From the NCBI GenBank assembly GCA_964549765.1, contig CAZJWR010000006.1:36487-100486 (forward strand): a stretch of DNA of 64,000 nt. The letters run 5' to 3'. A model generated the notes under the pieces. That model saw nothing but the letters and a program-made list of their open reading frames with translations. It made no database searches and was not told the DNA's origin. The stretch is from an uncultured Ignavibacteriales bacterium (GTDB taxonomy: Bacteria > Zixibacteria > MSB-5A5 > GN15 > JAAZOE01). The position numbers and the translations under genes are program-made. This document shows, in pieces, positions 1-7,983 of the stretch (the stretch's first letter is position 1; the number at the start of each line of letters is the position of its first letter).

Positions 1-58
1 TGAAAGCTGCAAAGACCAGAGCGACGGTCGCGCTACGTAAAATTCGAATCCCTGTCAT
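1..58 (-). CDS. 5-prime end of a secreted or membrane protein gene that continues past the left window edge (partial)
   Basis: ATG at 58 on the minus strand, preceded by AGGAGGAGG Shine-Dalgarno (64-72). Reads MTGIRILRSATVALVFAAF, which looks like a signal peptide. Only 19 codons are visible. Confidence 0.35.
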   Translation of the reverse strand, partial: MTGIRILRSATVALVFAAF

Positions 59-379
59 GACTGCCTCCTCCTGTTTTTTCTGCCAAGGCGCCGGCGTTAG
101 ATAGTCTCCGCCTTAGCTTTACTTATAATGATCGATTCATGACGCAAACACAATGATTGGAGTTCCCTGATCTCGCATAAATCTGATACGCGACTTTAAA
201 ATTCCCGGATAGGGCAATTATGTCAGGTACTTTATATCGATAGGCTCTATGCGTCCGATGATTCCGTCTGGATGGCGTCCGTGCGGTACCATATAGATCC
301 ACGCTCAGATTCGCCTCATTTGGTGCTTGACATAATCAATTAATTATCTATTGTAATAGAGGCTAATGGGAGGGTATCA

Positions 380-1459
380 ATGGGGATTTTGCGAAATTTT
401 ATTTTCGGCGTGCTTCTCGCCATTCTGTGTGGCTGTAGCTCCGAGGATAATCCTACCGGGACAGGGGACAATTCCCCCGAACCAGGTGGGTATATCTACG
501 CCGACACGGGCCATTATCAACTCACATTCGCCGTGCTCAGCTATTTGAAGTTCTTTCCGGAACCCGTTGTGAATTGGGAGAAGTCACTGGGTGAACCGTT
601 CACTGACATCAACGGCAACGGCGTTTATGATCCCGGTATCGACGAGTTCATCATGTGCCTCGATATCGACAGCAACCAGGATCTCAACCGTAATAATAAA
701 TATGATGGTCCGGATGATCCGTGGCAGCCCGGCATTCCCTTTGACGATATCGATGGGAACGGCGTGTTTCGCCAAAATCCCGACGACCCCTATATCAATT
801 ATGAGGCCGGTCTTCCCTTTGCCGATTTCAACCTCAACGGGCAACGCGATTCGGCATTGGGATTTTTTACCGCCCTGACTGAATTCAAGGCCTCTGAAGG
901 ATCTGATGGAAGCATCTGGTATCAAACCGCGCCGCGACCGCCTGGCGTATATTTCGGATATCGGTTCGTTTCCGATTCGGGGCCGGTGTATGATTTGTCC
1001 TATCGCGCTTCCGCGGACATACAACAGGTCGTGAATTTCGTTGCCACCGATAGCGGGCTGCTCTACTGCGCCGTGCCCGGGTTAAATCGGACGGTCATAC
1101 CGCTTATGGTGCTCGATACCGGGATTATTCAGGATGGAACCGTTGAAGAGATAATTGTCGACTATCCGGAAGACCCTTTCAACGATACGCTGCATTTCGT
1201 CAAGACCGTCGAGTACGATACGAGCCTTGAGGTCTACGGCTATCGATTCCCGCATCTCGTTCATGTTTCGCTCGACGCCGGGGTGATCGGCTGCGATGTT
1301 TATCTTTCCCTGCAGCGTAGGCTTCTGGGATACGGGCAGTGGATATTGGATACCAACCCCGCGTCGTATGGTCGCTGGTCGTCATATTATTACTACTTCG
1401 ATTCGCTGGAGAAGACCGATTCCGTATTCATGCCGATGAGCGTCCAGCACGCCGATTGA
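380..1459 (+). CDS. Lipoprotein with repeated calcium-binding-like acidic loops (function unknown)
   Basis: Complete 359-aa ORF with GGGAGGG RBS at 369-375. N-terminus MGILRNFIFGVLLAILCGCSS contains a lipobox. Repeated DxNxNG/DxDxNG loops (DINGNGVYD, DIDSNQD, DIDGNGVF, DFNLNGQRD) resemble EF-hand or thrombospondin type 3 Ca-binding loops. TTGACA at 327-332 upstream. Confidence 0.75.
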   Translation: MGILRNFIFGVLLAILCGCSSEDNPTGTGDNSPEPGGYIYADTGHYQLTFAVLSYLKFFPEPVVNWEKSLGEPFTDINGNGVYDPGIDEFIMCLDIDSNQDLNRNNKYDGPDDPWQPGIPFDDIDGNGVFRQNPDDPYINYEAGLPFADFNLNGQRDSALGFFTALTEFKASEGSDGSIWYQTAPRPPGVYFGYRFVSDSGPVYDLSYRASADIQQVVNFVATDSGLLYCAVPGLNRTVIPLMVLDTGIIQDGTVEEIIVDYPEDPFNDTLHFVKTVEYDTSLEVYGYRFPHLVHVSLDAGVIGCDVYLSLQRRLLGYGQWILDTNPASYGRWSSYYYYFDSLEKTDSVFMPMSVQHAD

Positions 1460-1474
1460 TGTCGGCAGGCGAAT

Positions 1475-1852
1475 TTATTCGTCTGACGGCGCGGGAAGAT
1501 GGGCGTATTGCGGCATGCTGTCCCACTCGCCGATAAGCTCAGTGATGATATTGTAATTTTCTTCGGATATATCCACGAATTCGTACCCGGCCTCATGCCA
1601 ACCCAAACGGTGGTTCTTTTTGCACCATTTACACTCGGCTTGGATATATAGATTCCGATACCTGCCGATCATGCGCGGCATGACGAGCTTGCATTGAACA
1701 ACTCGCGGAGCGGGGACAGGCATTTCGCTGATCATTTTGGCGCCGTCGATGGTCAGGTCGATGACCCGCCCGATCAACTCGTTGGTTTCCTGATCGTAAA
1801 CAATAAAATAATCGCTGGTGCGCCGACGCTCCTGGTTTCTCTGGTCGCTCAT
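1475..1852 (-). CDS. PilZ domain protein (c-di-GMP receptor)
   Basis: 125-aa ORF with RNQER (RxxxR) near the N-terminus and DLTIDG (D/NxS/TxxG), the two PilZ c-di-GMP binding motifs. Confidence 0.8.
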   Translation of the reverse strand: MSDQRNQERRRTSDYFIVYDQETNELIGRVIDLTIDGAKMISEMPVPAPRVVQCKLVMPRMIGRYRNLYIQAECKWCKKNHRLGWHEAGYEFVDISEENYNIITELIGEWDSMPQYAHLPAPSDE

Positions 1853-1978
1853 GAGGCAATCTCCATAAAGATGAAAGAATTTTTCCCATTAGTTACAGTA
1901 TCGACCCGAAGTCCATCCCGCTTTAGCCGCCGGGTTTGCCCGGCCCGACCGGATTGCGTCCCGGTGTCCGGAGGCCTC

Positions 1979-2007
1979 TTGACATAACAAATCCGTTCGT
2001 CGATATT
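1979..2007 (+). promoter_or_regulatory. sigma70-like promoter candidate for the ATL gene
   Basis: TTGACA (1979-1984), 17-nt spacer, GATATT (2002-2007). Favours the ATG at 2023 over the ORF-track start at 1936. Confidence 0.45.
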
Positions 2008-2022
2008 GGGTCAAGGCAGGGA

Positions 2023-2361
2023 ATGACAGGAGATTATGCCGTCATGCGTTTGGAGGGAAAATCCTTTCACGACCGGGTTATCGCCGCGATTAGGGCCGTT
2101 CCGCGAGGCAAAGTCGCCACCTACGGTCAAATTGCCGCTTTTGCCGGCAGTCCACGGGCGGCCCGTCAGGTGGTCCGGGTTTTGCATTCTTCGTCGCGGA
2201 AGCACAAGCTCCCGTGGCATCGAATCGTCAACAGCCGGGGGAGGATTTCGCTGAAACCGGGTCAGGGATACGAAGAGCAGAGGGCGCGCCTTATCTCCGA
2301 AGGAATAGAGTTCAGTGACGATGAGGGTATCGATCTCGCCCGATTTCTCTGGACGGCATGA
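2023..2361 (+). CDS. Alkyltransferase-like (ATL) protein: MGMT-family DNA-binding domain with Trp in place of the acceptor Cys
   Basis: GKVATYGQIAAFAGSPRAARQVV and LPWHRIVNSRGRIS match the MGMT C-terminal domain. The PCHR active-site motif reads PWHR, as in ATL proteins. The ORF-track start is 1936; the internal ATG at 2023 is preferred because of the promoter position. Confidence 0.8.
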   Translation: MTGDYAVMRLEGKSFHDRVIAAIRAVPRGKVATYGQIAAFAGSPRAARQVVRVLHSSSRKHKLPWHRIVNSRGRISLKPGQGYEEQRARLISEGIEFSDDEGIDLARFLWTA

Positions 2362-2532
2362 CGCTCCATCGGAATGTTGCCCGCGAACAGCCTGGGAAAC
2401 CTTCGTTTATCCTCAATGAACCGATATTCGCATGACATCTTGGTCCAGACAGCTATTTCAGTCCTGCGGCTCGCCGCGATTTCTTCCGCCGGCAACCTGT
2501 ATCCTCGAATCGCCAATCCCTGAGAGATTTTA

Positions 2533-2560
2533 TTGACAATTTCAGGGGAAATATTATTTT
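2533..2560 (+). promoter_or_regulatory. sigma70-like promoter candidate for the MarR-GNAT gene
   Basis: TTGACA (2533-2538), 16-nt spacer, TATTTT (2555-2560). Confidence 0.45.
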
Positions 2561-2572
2561 ATCGAAACAAAG

Positions 2573-2586
2573 CGTAAGCGCTTACG
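2573..2586. promoter_or_regulatory. Perfect 14-bp palindrome, candidate MarR operator
   Basis: CGTAAGCGCTTACG lies just downstream of the predicted -10 and about 50 nt upstream of the MarR-GNAT start codon. Confidence 0.45.
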
Positions 2587-2638
2587 TAAGTTTTCGTAGC
2601 CTGAATGGGCATTTTCAGGCGGAACGGGGAGAAGGAAA

Positions 2639-3613
2639 ATGGATTTGATTCGTGAGCTCGGGCCGCTGGCCTTTGCCAGTCGGCTCAAACGGATTAGTGA
2701 GCGTTTGATGAAGGACGTGTCGCGGATATATCAGGAGCAGGATGTCGATTTTCAGGCAAGGTGGTTTCCCGTGCTGTACCTGCTCGGGCAAAAGACTTCC
2801 ATGTCGGTCACGGAAATCGCCCAGGCCCTGCAGATGACCCATCCCGCCATCAACCAGATCGCCTCGGGTATGTCCGAGGGGGGACTATTGTCGTCCTCGA
2901 AAGATGTCAACGATGAACGGCGGCGCATGCTGTCGCTCAGCGAGAAGGGCGCTGGCGTTATGACCTCGCTCGTGCCGTTGTGGAAGGATATCGAGGCGGC
3001 CAACCGCGACCTGTTGTCTCTGGCTGACTCCGATCTTCTGGCGGCGCTGGGTCGGATCGAAGCCGCCCTCGACGAGGAAGACATGTACCAACGGGTGATG
3101 GCCCGCGTTAAAAAGCGCCTGCGCGATGTCGTGGAAATCATAAAGTATTCGCCCCAATATAAAAAATATTTCGATCTGCTCAACCGCGAATGGCTGACCA
3201 AGTATTTCACGGTCGAGGAATTCGACCGAAAAATCCTGGCCGATCCCGAGGGAGAAATCCTCGACCAGGGCGGGCGCATTCTGTTTGCCCGGCTGGACGA
3301 TGAAATCGTCGGGGCGGTGGCGCTCGTCCGGCACGGCCACGGTATTTTCGAACTGGCCAAAATGGCCGTGACGGAAAAGGCGCAGGGGCGGCAGGTGGGG
3401 ACGCGACTGATGCGGGCGACCCTCGATCTGGCCAAATCGGATGGCGCCCAGACGATATTGCTGTATACGAGTCCCAAACTCAAAGCCGCCAACCAACTCT
3501 ATCGAAAGATGGGATTCGTCGAGCAGAAGGATGCACCGCAGCCGTTGGCATATCAACGGTATTCGATACTGATGATCCTGGATATTGAGGAAGATACAGA
3601 GGAGGAGGGATAA
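2639..3613 (+). CDS. MarR-type winged-helix regulator fused to a GNAT N-acetyltransferase
   Basis: N-terminal half has MarR-like HTH features (MSVTEIAQALQMTHPAINQIASGMSEGGLL, DERRRMLSLSEKG). C-terminal half has the GNAT acetyl-CoA motif (QGRQVGTRLMRATLDLAK, YRKMGF). Confidence 0.85.
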   Translation: MDLIRELGPLAFASRLKRISERLMKDVSRIYQEQDVDFQARWFPVLYLLGQKTSMSVTEIAQALQMTHPAINQIASGMSEGGLLSSSKDVNDERRRMLSLSEKGAGVMTSLVPLWKDIEAANRDLLSLADSDLLAALGRIEAALDEEDMYQRVMARVKKRLRDVVEIIKYSPQYKKYFDLLNREWLTKYFTVEEFDRKILADPEGEILDQGGRILFARLDDEIVGAVALVRHGHGIFELAKMAVTEKAQGRQVGTRLMRATLDLAKSDGAQTILLYTSPKLKAANQLYRKMGFVEQKDAPQPLAYQRYSILMILDIEEDTEEEG

Positions 3614-3635
3614 AACTTTGCGTGAGGTGAATGCT

Positions 3636-5063
3636 ATGAGGGCAGGAGAGTATTATGCCGTGGCCGGATCTTCAGAGAAATCGGCAGACCGCCTTCGGCG
3701 GGGGATTTTTCTATGCATGATCGTATCCGTGCTGGCAGGATTGCTGCTCGCTCATCCGGTGCACGGTCAGGGAAGTTCCCCGGATACATCGGCCGTGACC
3801 GTTGATGCGGCGTGGAAAGCGGCCGTGATCGACAGCGTCCTGGCTGCCCTTGATCATGACTATGTCCATCCCGAAAAAGCCAAGGCCATGAATGAGCATA
3901 TCCGGAAGCTGCAGAAGAAGGGGTTCTTCAAAGAAATCACCGATCCCCGCGCCTTCACGGATACGTTGACGTTTGCTCTGCGGGAAGTATGCCCGGACAA
4001 GCATATGGGTGTTCGGTACCTTCCCGATCTCGATTATTCGATGTTCATGCCCGATTCGTTGAAATCGGACGATCAGAAGAAGCGCGAATTGGAGGAAAAT
4101 CTCAAAGAAGCCCGTTACCAAAACTTCGGGTTCCAGAAGGTTGAGCGGCTACCGGGCAACGTCGGCTATCTGGATTTCCGTCAATTCGCCGATGCCCGTT
4201 ATGCCGGAGCGACCGCCATCGCCGCCATGAATTTTCTCGCCAACTGCGATGCCGTCATCATCGACCTGCGTCAGAACGGCGGCGGCGACGCCTCCATGAT
4301 CCGCCTGATATCGACCTATTTTTTCAAAGAGCCGACTCACCTGACCAGTTGGTACTACCGCCCCAGCGATTCCATCATCCAATCCTGGACCAACGATTAT
4401 GTCATCGGAACCCCCATGACCGACATGGACCTGTACATTCTGACCAGCTCATACACGTTTTCCGCCGCCGAGGAATTCACTTATAACCTGAAAAATCTCA
4501 AGCGGGCGACGATTATCGGCGAAACCACCGGCGGCGGCGCTCATCCCGTCGAAGGCTTCGGGTATGAAAATCTTAAAGTCGCCATGCGCGTTCCCAACGG
4601 CCGCGCTATCAACCCCGTTACCGGCACCAACTGGGAGGGCGTCGGGATCACGCCGGATATCGAGGTGCCCCAGGATCAGGCGCTGGATCGGGCCCATGTC
4701 GAGGCGTTGACAAAAATCAGAGACCGAACTACCGACGACCAGCGCAAACAAACGATCGCCTGGTTGATCGACTCTAAGAACGCATTGATGAATCCGTTCA
4801 AGATTGCACCCGATTTAATGAACAAGTACGCCGGCGTTTACGGCCCGAGGACGATCACGGTCGAGGACGGCAAGTTGTATTATCAGCGGGTGGATCGGCC
4901 CAAGTACGAGATGATCCCGATGTCGGAGAACATGTTCGTTTTCAAGAACCTCGATTATTTCCGCCTGCGCGTGGATGCCGACGAGAACGGCAATATCGTA
5001 TCGCTGACCGGTCTTTATGATAACGGGCAGACGGACGTTTCGCCAAAAAATACCGGCCCATAG
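3636..5063 (+). CDS. S41 family peptidase (secreted, tail-specific-protease-like)
   Basis: IIDLRQNGGGDASM and SSYTFSAAEEF are typical S41 catalytic-domain motifs. Hydrophobic signal segment CMIVSVLAGLLLAHPVHG. ATG at 3636 follows GAGGTGA; the ORF-track start at 3585 would overlap the previous gene. Confidence 0.8.
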   Translation: MRAGEYYAVAGSSEKSADRLRRGIFLCMIVSVLAGLLLAHPVHGQGSSPDTSAVTVDAAWKAAVIDSVLAALDHDYVHPEKAKAMNEHIRKLQKKGFFKEITDPRAFTDTLTFALREVCPDKHMGVRYLPDLDYSMFMPDSLKSDDQKKRELEENLKEARYQNFGFQKVERLPGNVGYLDFRQFADARYAGATAIAAMNFLANCDAVIIDLRQNGGGDASMIRLISTYFFKEPTHLTSWYYRPSDSIIQSWTNDYVIGTPMTDMDLYILTSSYTFSAAEEFTYNLKNLKRATIIGETTGGGAHPVEGFGYENLKVAMRVPNGRAINPVTGTNWEGVGITPDIEVPQDQALDRAHVEALTKIRDRTTDDQRKQTIAWLIDSKNALMNPFKIAPDLMNKYAGVYGPRTITVEDGKLYYQRVDRPKYEMIPMSENMFVFKNLDYFRLRVDADENGNIVSLTGLYDNGQTDVSPKNTGP

Positions 5064-5072
5064 GCCGTTTTT
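5054..5072 (+). terminator. Intrinsic terminator candidate after the S41 peptidase gene
   Basis: CGGCC-CATA-GGCCG hairpin overlapping the stop codon, followed by TTTTT (5068-5072). Confidence 0.5.
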
Positions 5073-5221
5073 GCCTTTTTCCTTCCCCCGTGGCCGTGCC
5101 GGAGTTCTTCTCCGGCGCGGCCCGTTCTTATTATGTCCCGTATCACATTATGGGCCGGCCCTCTTGACTTGGGCCTGAATCGATGTTTCGTTGGCACAAG
5201 AACTGTGACCGGAGGAATTCT

Positions 5222-5692
5222 ATGGCACGACAGATTGATAACGTGACGTTCACGAAACTGCTCAATACGTTACTGGAAGAGACGTTCGACAATGTGGAAG
5301 GGATTTATCTCGACAAAGGAACATCGCTGTTTGAAACCCTCGATACCATCAGTGCTGACGCGGCTTCCCGTCCAATTACGCCCGACGGCACGACCATCGC
5401 CTCGCAAGTGGGGCATGTTCGATTCTATCTGACGGTGATGGAAGATTACATGCAGGGGAAATGGTACGACAAAGTCGACTGGCAGGGAAGCTGGCAGCCG
5501 AAAACGGTAACCTCGGACGAATGGGCCTCACTCAGGAAAAATCTGCGGGAGACGCATGACCGGGTGATGCGGCTTATCAAAGGCTTCGACGACTGGAACG
5601 ACGAACGCCGGCTCGGCGGGGCGTTGGGGATTATTGTCCACACCGCTTATCATCTCGGCGCTATCAGGCAAATCATTCGGGTCGTGAAATAG
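5222..5692 (+). CDS. DinB-family (DinB_2-like) four-helix-bundle protein
   Basis: Length and His pattern (QVGHVRFY, IIVHTAYHLGAIRQI) fit the DinB superfamily. GGAGGA RBS at 5211-5216 precedes the ATG at 5222. Confidence 0.7.
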   Translation: MARQIDNVTFTKLLNTLLEETFDNVEGIYLDKGTSLFETLDTISADAASRPITPDGTTIASQVGHVRFYLTVMEDYMQGKWYDKVDWQGSWQPKTVTSDEWASLRKNLRETHDRVMRLIKGFDDWNDERRLGGALGIIVHTAYHLGAIRQIIRVVK

Positions 5693-5757
5693 ACCCAATC
5701 GCGCATCCGGGGCTTATGTCCTCGCGCAGACAAATGGGCCCCGCCAATAATAAAAAA

Positions 5758-5775
5758 GCCCGCCTTCCGGCGGGC
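5758..5775. terminator. Bidirectional intrinsic terminator between convergent genes
   Basis: GCCCGCC-TTCC-GGCGGGC hairpin with an A-run upstream and a T-rich run downstream. Sits between the DinB-like (+) and TolB-like (-) genes. Confidence 0.6.
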
Positions 5776-5803
5776 TTTGAAAACTTCATTTTTTCGAAAT
5801 CAT

Positions 5804-6853
5804 CTAATGCGACCAGGTCGGGTTGCTATTATTGCCCGTGCCCGTGATCGGCGTCAAATTGTTGCCGTTGATGTCAATCGTGTAAATGGTGCCGTCCATG
5901 GTGGCGAACGTCAGCCACTTGGAATTGGGCGCCCATCCGACCGGTTGGGGACTGGCCTGCTGCGTCACCGAGGAAGCGAATATCTGGTGTTTCTGGCTCA
6001 GGTCAGAGCTGACGACGAATATGCCCGCGTCGCGCATATCGTTGCTCACATACGCCAGCCATTTGCCGTCGGGGGACCACGACGGCGCCACTCCGTCATC
6101 CAAGCCCTTGCTGGCCTTGCGCATTTCCGTCTCGGGGATCATGATCGAAGTCATATCGATAATCTTGATTCCCTTTTTCTGGAAATTATATTGGTCGGCG
6201 GCGTTGCTGTAACTGATGACATAGGCCATTTTCTTGCCGTCCCTCGTGAAGGTCGGCTGGACCGTCCAGGTACTGATCGTCTGCCAATCCTTGCGGAGAT
6301 TGGTCGCGTGGCCATCGGTGATGCTGACCATTGCCGGCACATGAATGGGGGCGATATAGTCGACGTAGTTGGCGTTTATGTCGTTCTGAAAATAAATCAG
6401 CGTATCGTTGGCCGACCATTCGGGGTTGAACGCGCCGAGATTGGACGTTACCCGTTTCCACCAGTTGGTGTTGGTTGCCGCCGAATCCACATACGCCAGA
6501 AAAATGTCGTGGAGCAGGTGCATGCCGCCCTCATCCGAGGGCAGCTTGTTGGCGTCTTTTCCCTCGCGGGAAAAGGCGATCAGCTTGTTGTCCGGGGAAA
6601 ACGTTAACCGCCCCTTGGCGTTGGTGACCGAACTGACCTTTTGCCGGTTTTTGCCGTCGGAGTCCATGATCCAGATTCCGCCGTCCCGGATAAAAGCGAT
6701 CCGTCCCGTGGGACGAGCGCCGGCGTTGATGGTTCCGGGGGTGGTGGTTGTCGAAGCCGGCTGGCTCGGTTTGTCGGCCCGAGCCACGCCGAAAATCATT
6801 AGGGCAGCGAATACCGCGCCGAGGATACCCGTTACGGAAAGCAATCGTTTCAT
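5804..6853 (-). CDS. TolB-like periplasmic beta-propeller protein (PD40/WD40-like repeats)
   Basis: Repeated PD40-type motifs (FSPDNKLIAFS, WSPDGKWLAYVS, RIAFIRDGGIWIMDSDGKN). Signal peptide MKRLLSVTGILGAVFAALMIFGVARA from the ATG at 6853, with an AGGAAG RBS. The ORF-track start is 6931. Confidence 0.8.
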   Translation of the reverse strand: MKRLLSVTGILGAVFAALMIFGVARADKPSQPASTTTTPGTINAGARPTGRIAFIRDGGIWIMDSDGKNRQKVSSVTNAKGRLTFSPDNKLIAFSREGKDANKLPSDEGGMHLLHDIFLAYVDSAATNTNWWKRVTSNLGAFNPEWSANDTLIYFQNDINANYVDYIAPIHVPAMVSITDGHATNLRKDWQTISTWTVQPTFTRDGKKMAYVISYSNAADQYNFQKKGIKIIDMTSIMIPETEMRKASKGLDDGVAPSWSPDGKWLAYVSNDMRDAGIFVVSSDLSQKHQIFASSVTQQASPQPVGWAPNSKWLTFATMDGTIYTIDINGNNLTPITGTGNNSNPTWSH

Positions 6854-6934
6854 GAGCCTAAGCGACCTTTCTTCCTGGTTCAAGATGCAAATTCTGTGAC
6901 CCAATATAACACGCCGCCCGCGGCTCGACAAGTC

Positions 6935-7804
6935 CTACCAACTGAAATATCGCTTCAAGCCCAACTGCACCCGGGGACCGGACATATTAAGATTAACCCT
7001 GGTGCCGCTGTTATTCACCGTGGCGACGACCTCTTCGTTATTGTCGTTATACCATCTCATCCCGGTAAAGTTCAGATACAGATAGCGTAACGACCCTTCG
7101 ACGACGAGACCGCCGAGCTGCATCGGATATTCCATGGACGCCTGAGCGCTGAAACCCGGGGCGTTGCCCTTCAGATTGCCGCCGACGACTTCCGGCTGGC
7201 CGGTGTCGATATTGAATCCGGTGAAACCGTCCCAGAGCTGCCAGTTGGCGAAATAGAATCCGGCGCCGGCGCCGACTTTAAACGCCAGGGCGTGGAGTAT
7301 GCCGTCGCGATCGGGCGGGTTGGTCACGTAATAATCCATCTGCGCGGATATTGCGTACACCTGCACCTGTGATTTGAGATTAAAATCATAGACCGGGTTG
7401 GGATCATCGAGGTTGACCAGCGACAGATCGAGGTCGCCGGACTGTTTCGACCCCATCTTCAACCAGTAGCCGAATCCGATCATGCCCGATGTTTTCGGAG
7501 AGACCATTAGCCCGAATCCTCCGAAGAGCTCCTTCGAATCATAGATTCGATTGACGCCGACCGTCCCGCCGCTGACGCTGGAAATCAGGGGGGAGACGCG
7601 GACGGAAAATTTGTTGTAATCGTTATCGCGATTCAGACGCCCGAAGGAGCCGTTGGCGATGACAAAGCCGACTTTTTTGACCTGGGTCTTTTCGGCCTTT
7701 TTCAAAAACTGAGCGACCAGTTCGTCCTCGGTCTGCGACATGGCGGGAACCACCAACAAAAGCGACAGGCCGATTGCCAGAAAGAATGCAAGAATGGAGC
7801 GCAT
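6935..7804 (-). CDS. Outer-membrane beta-barrel protein (hypothetical)
   Basis: Signal peptide MRSILAFFLAIGLSLLLVVPAMSQ, alternating beta-strand-like pattern, and a C-terminal aromatic ending (RYFSW) typical of OMPs. Confidence 0.6.
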   Translation of the reverse strand: MRSILAFFLAIGLSLLLVVPAMSQTEDELVAQFLKKAEKTQVKKVGFVIANGSFGRLNRDNDYNKFSVRVSPLISSVSGGTVGVNRIYDSKELFGGFGLMVSPKTSGMIGFGYWLKMGSKQSGDLDLSLVNLDDPNPVYDFNLKSQVQVYAISAQMDYYVTNPPDRDGILHALAFKVGAGAGFYFANWQLWDGFTGFNIDTGQPEVVGGNLKGNAPGFSAQASMEYPMQLGGLVVEGSLRYLYLNFTGMRWYNDNNEEVVATVNNSGTRVNLNMSGPRVQLGLKRYFSW

Positions 7805-7918
7805 ATCTCCTCCTATAAATTACAGGCTTTCTGTCATATATCGGAAGGCTGAAGAACAAGTTTAAGCGGTGCATTCAAATAATCGACACAGAGTGGAAAT
7901 GGATTCCGCCAATAAGAA

Positions 7919-7945
7919 CGGCCGCCGGTCGGAAACCGGCGGCCG
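7919..7945 (-). terminator. Intrinsic terminator candidate downstream of nifJ
   Basis: 10-bp GC stem CGGCCGCCGG/CCGGCGGCCG with a 7-nt loop, followed on the minus strand by TTCTTATT. Confidence 0.55.
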
Positions 7946-7983
7946 AATGTTTTCAATCGATGATTCTTGGATTTTTTCTACCG

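Noticed and set aside
40-52. TTCGAATCC string resembling a tRNA T-loop
   Set aside because: The flanking sequence cannot form acceptor, D or anticodon arms. The string lies inside the N-terminal codons of the partial minus-strand gene. I recognised no tRNA, rRNA, tmRNA or RNase P gene anywhere in the window.
2262-2516. 84-aa minus-strand ORF in the ATL/MarR intergenic region
   Set aside because: It has a TTG start with no RBS, overlaps the 3-prime end of the ATL gene by about 100 nt, and has no recognisable motif.
5777-6607. 276-aa plus-strand ORF, plus other ORFs overlapping 5804-6931
   Set aside because: It is antisense to the TolB-like gene, which has clear PD40 repeats and a signal peptide.
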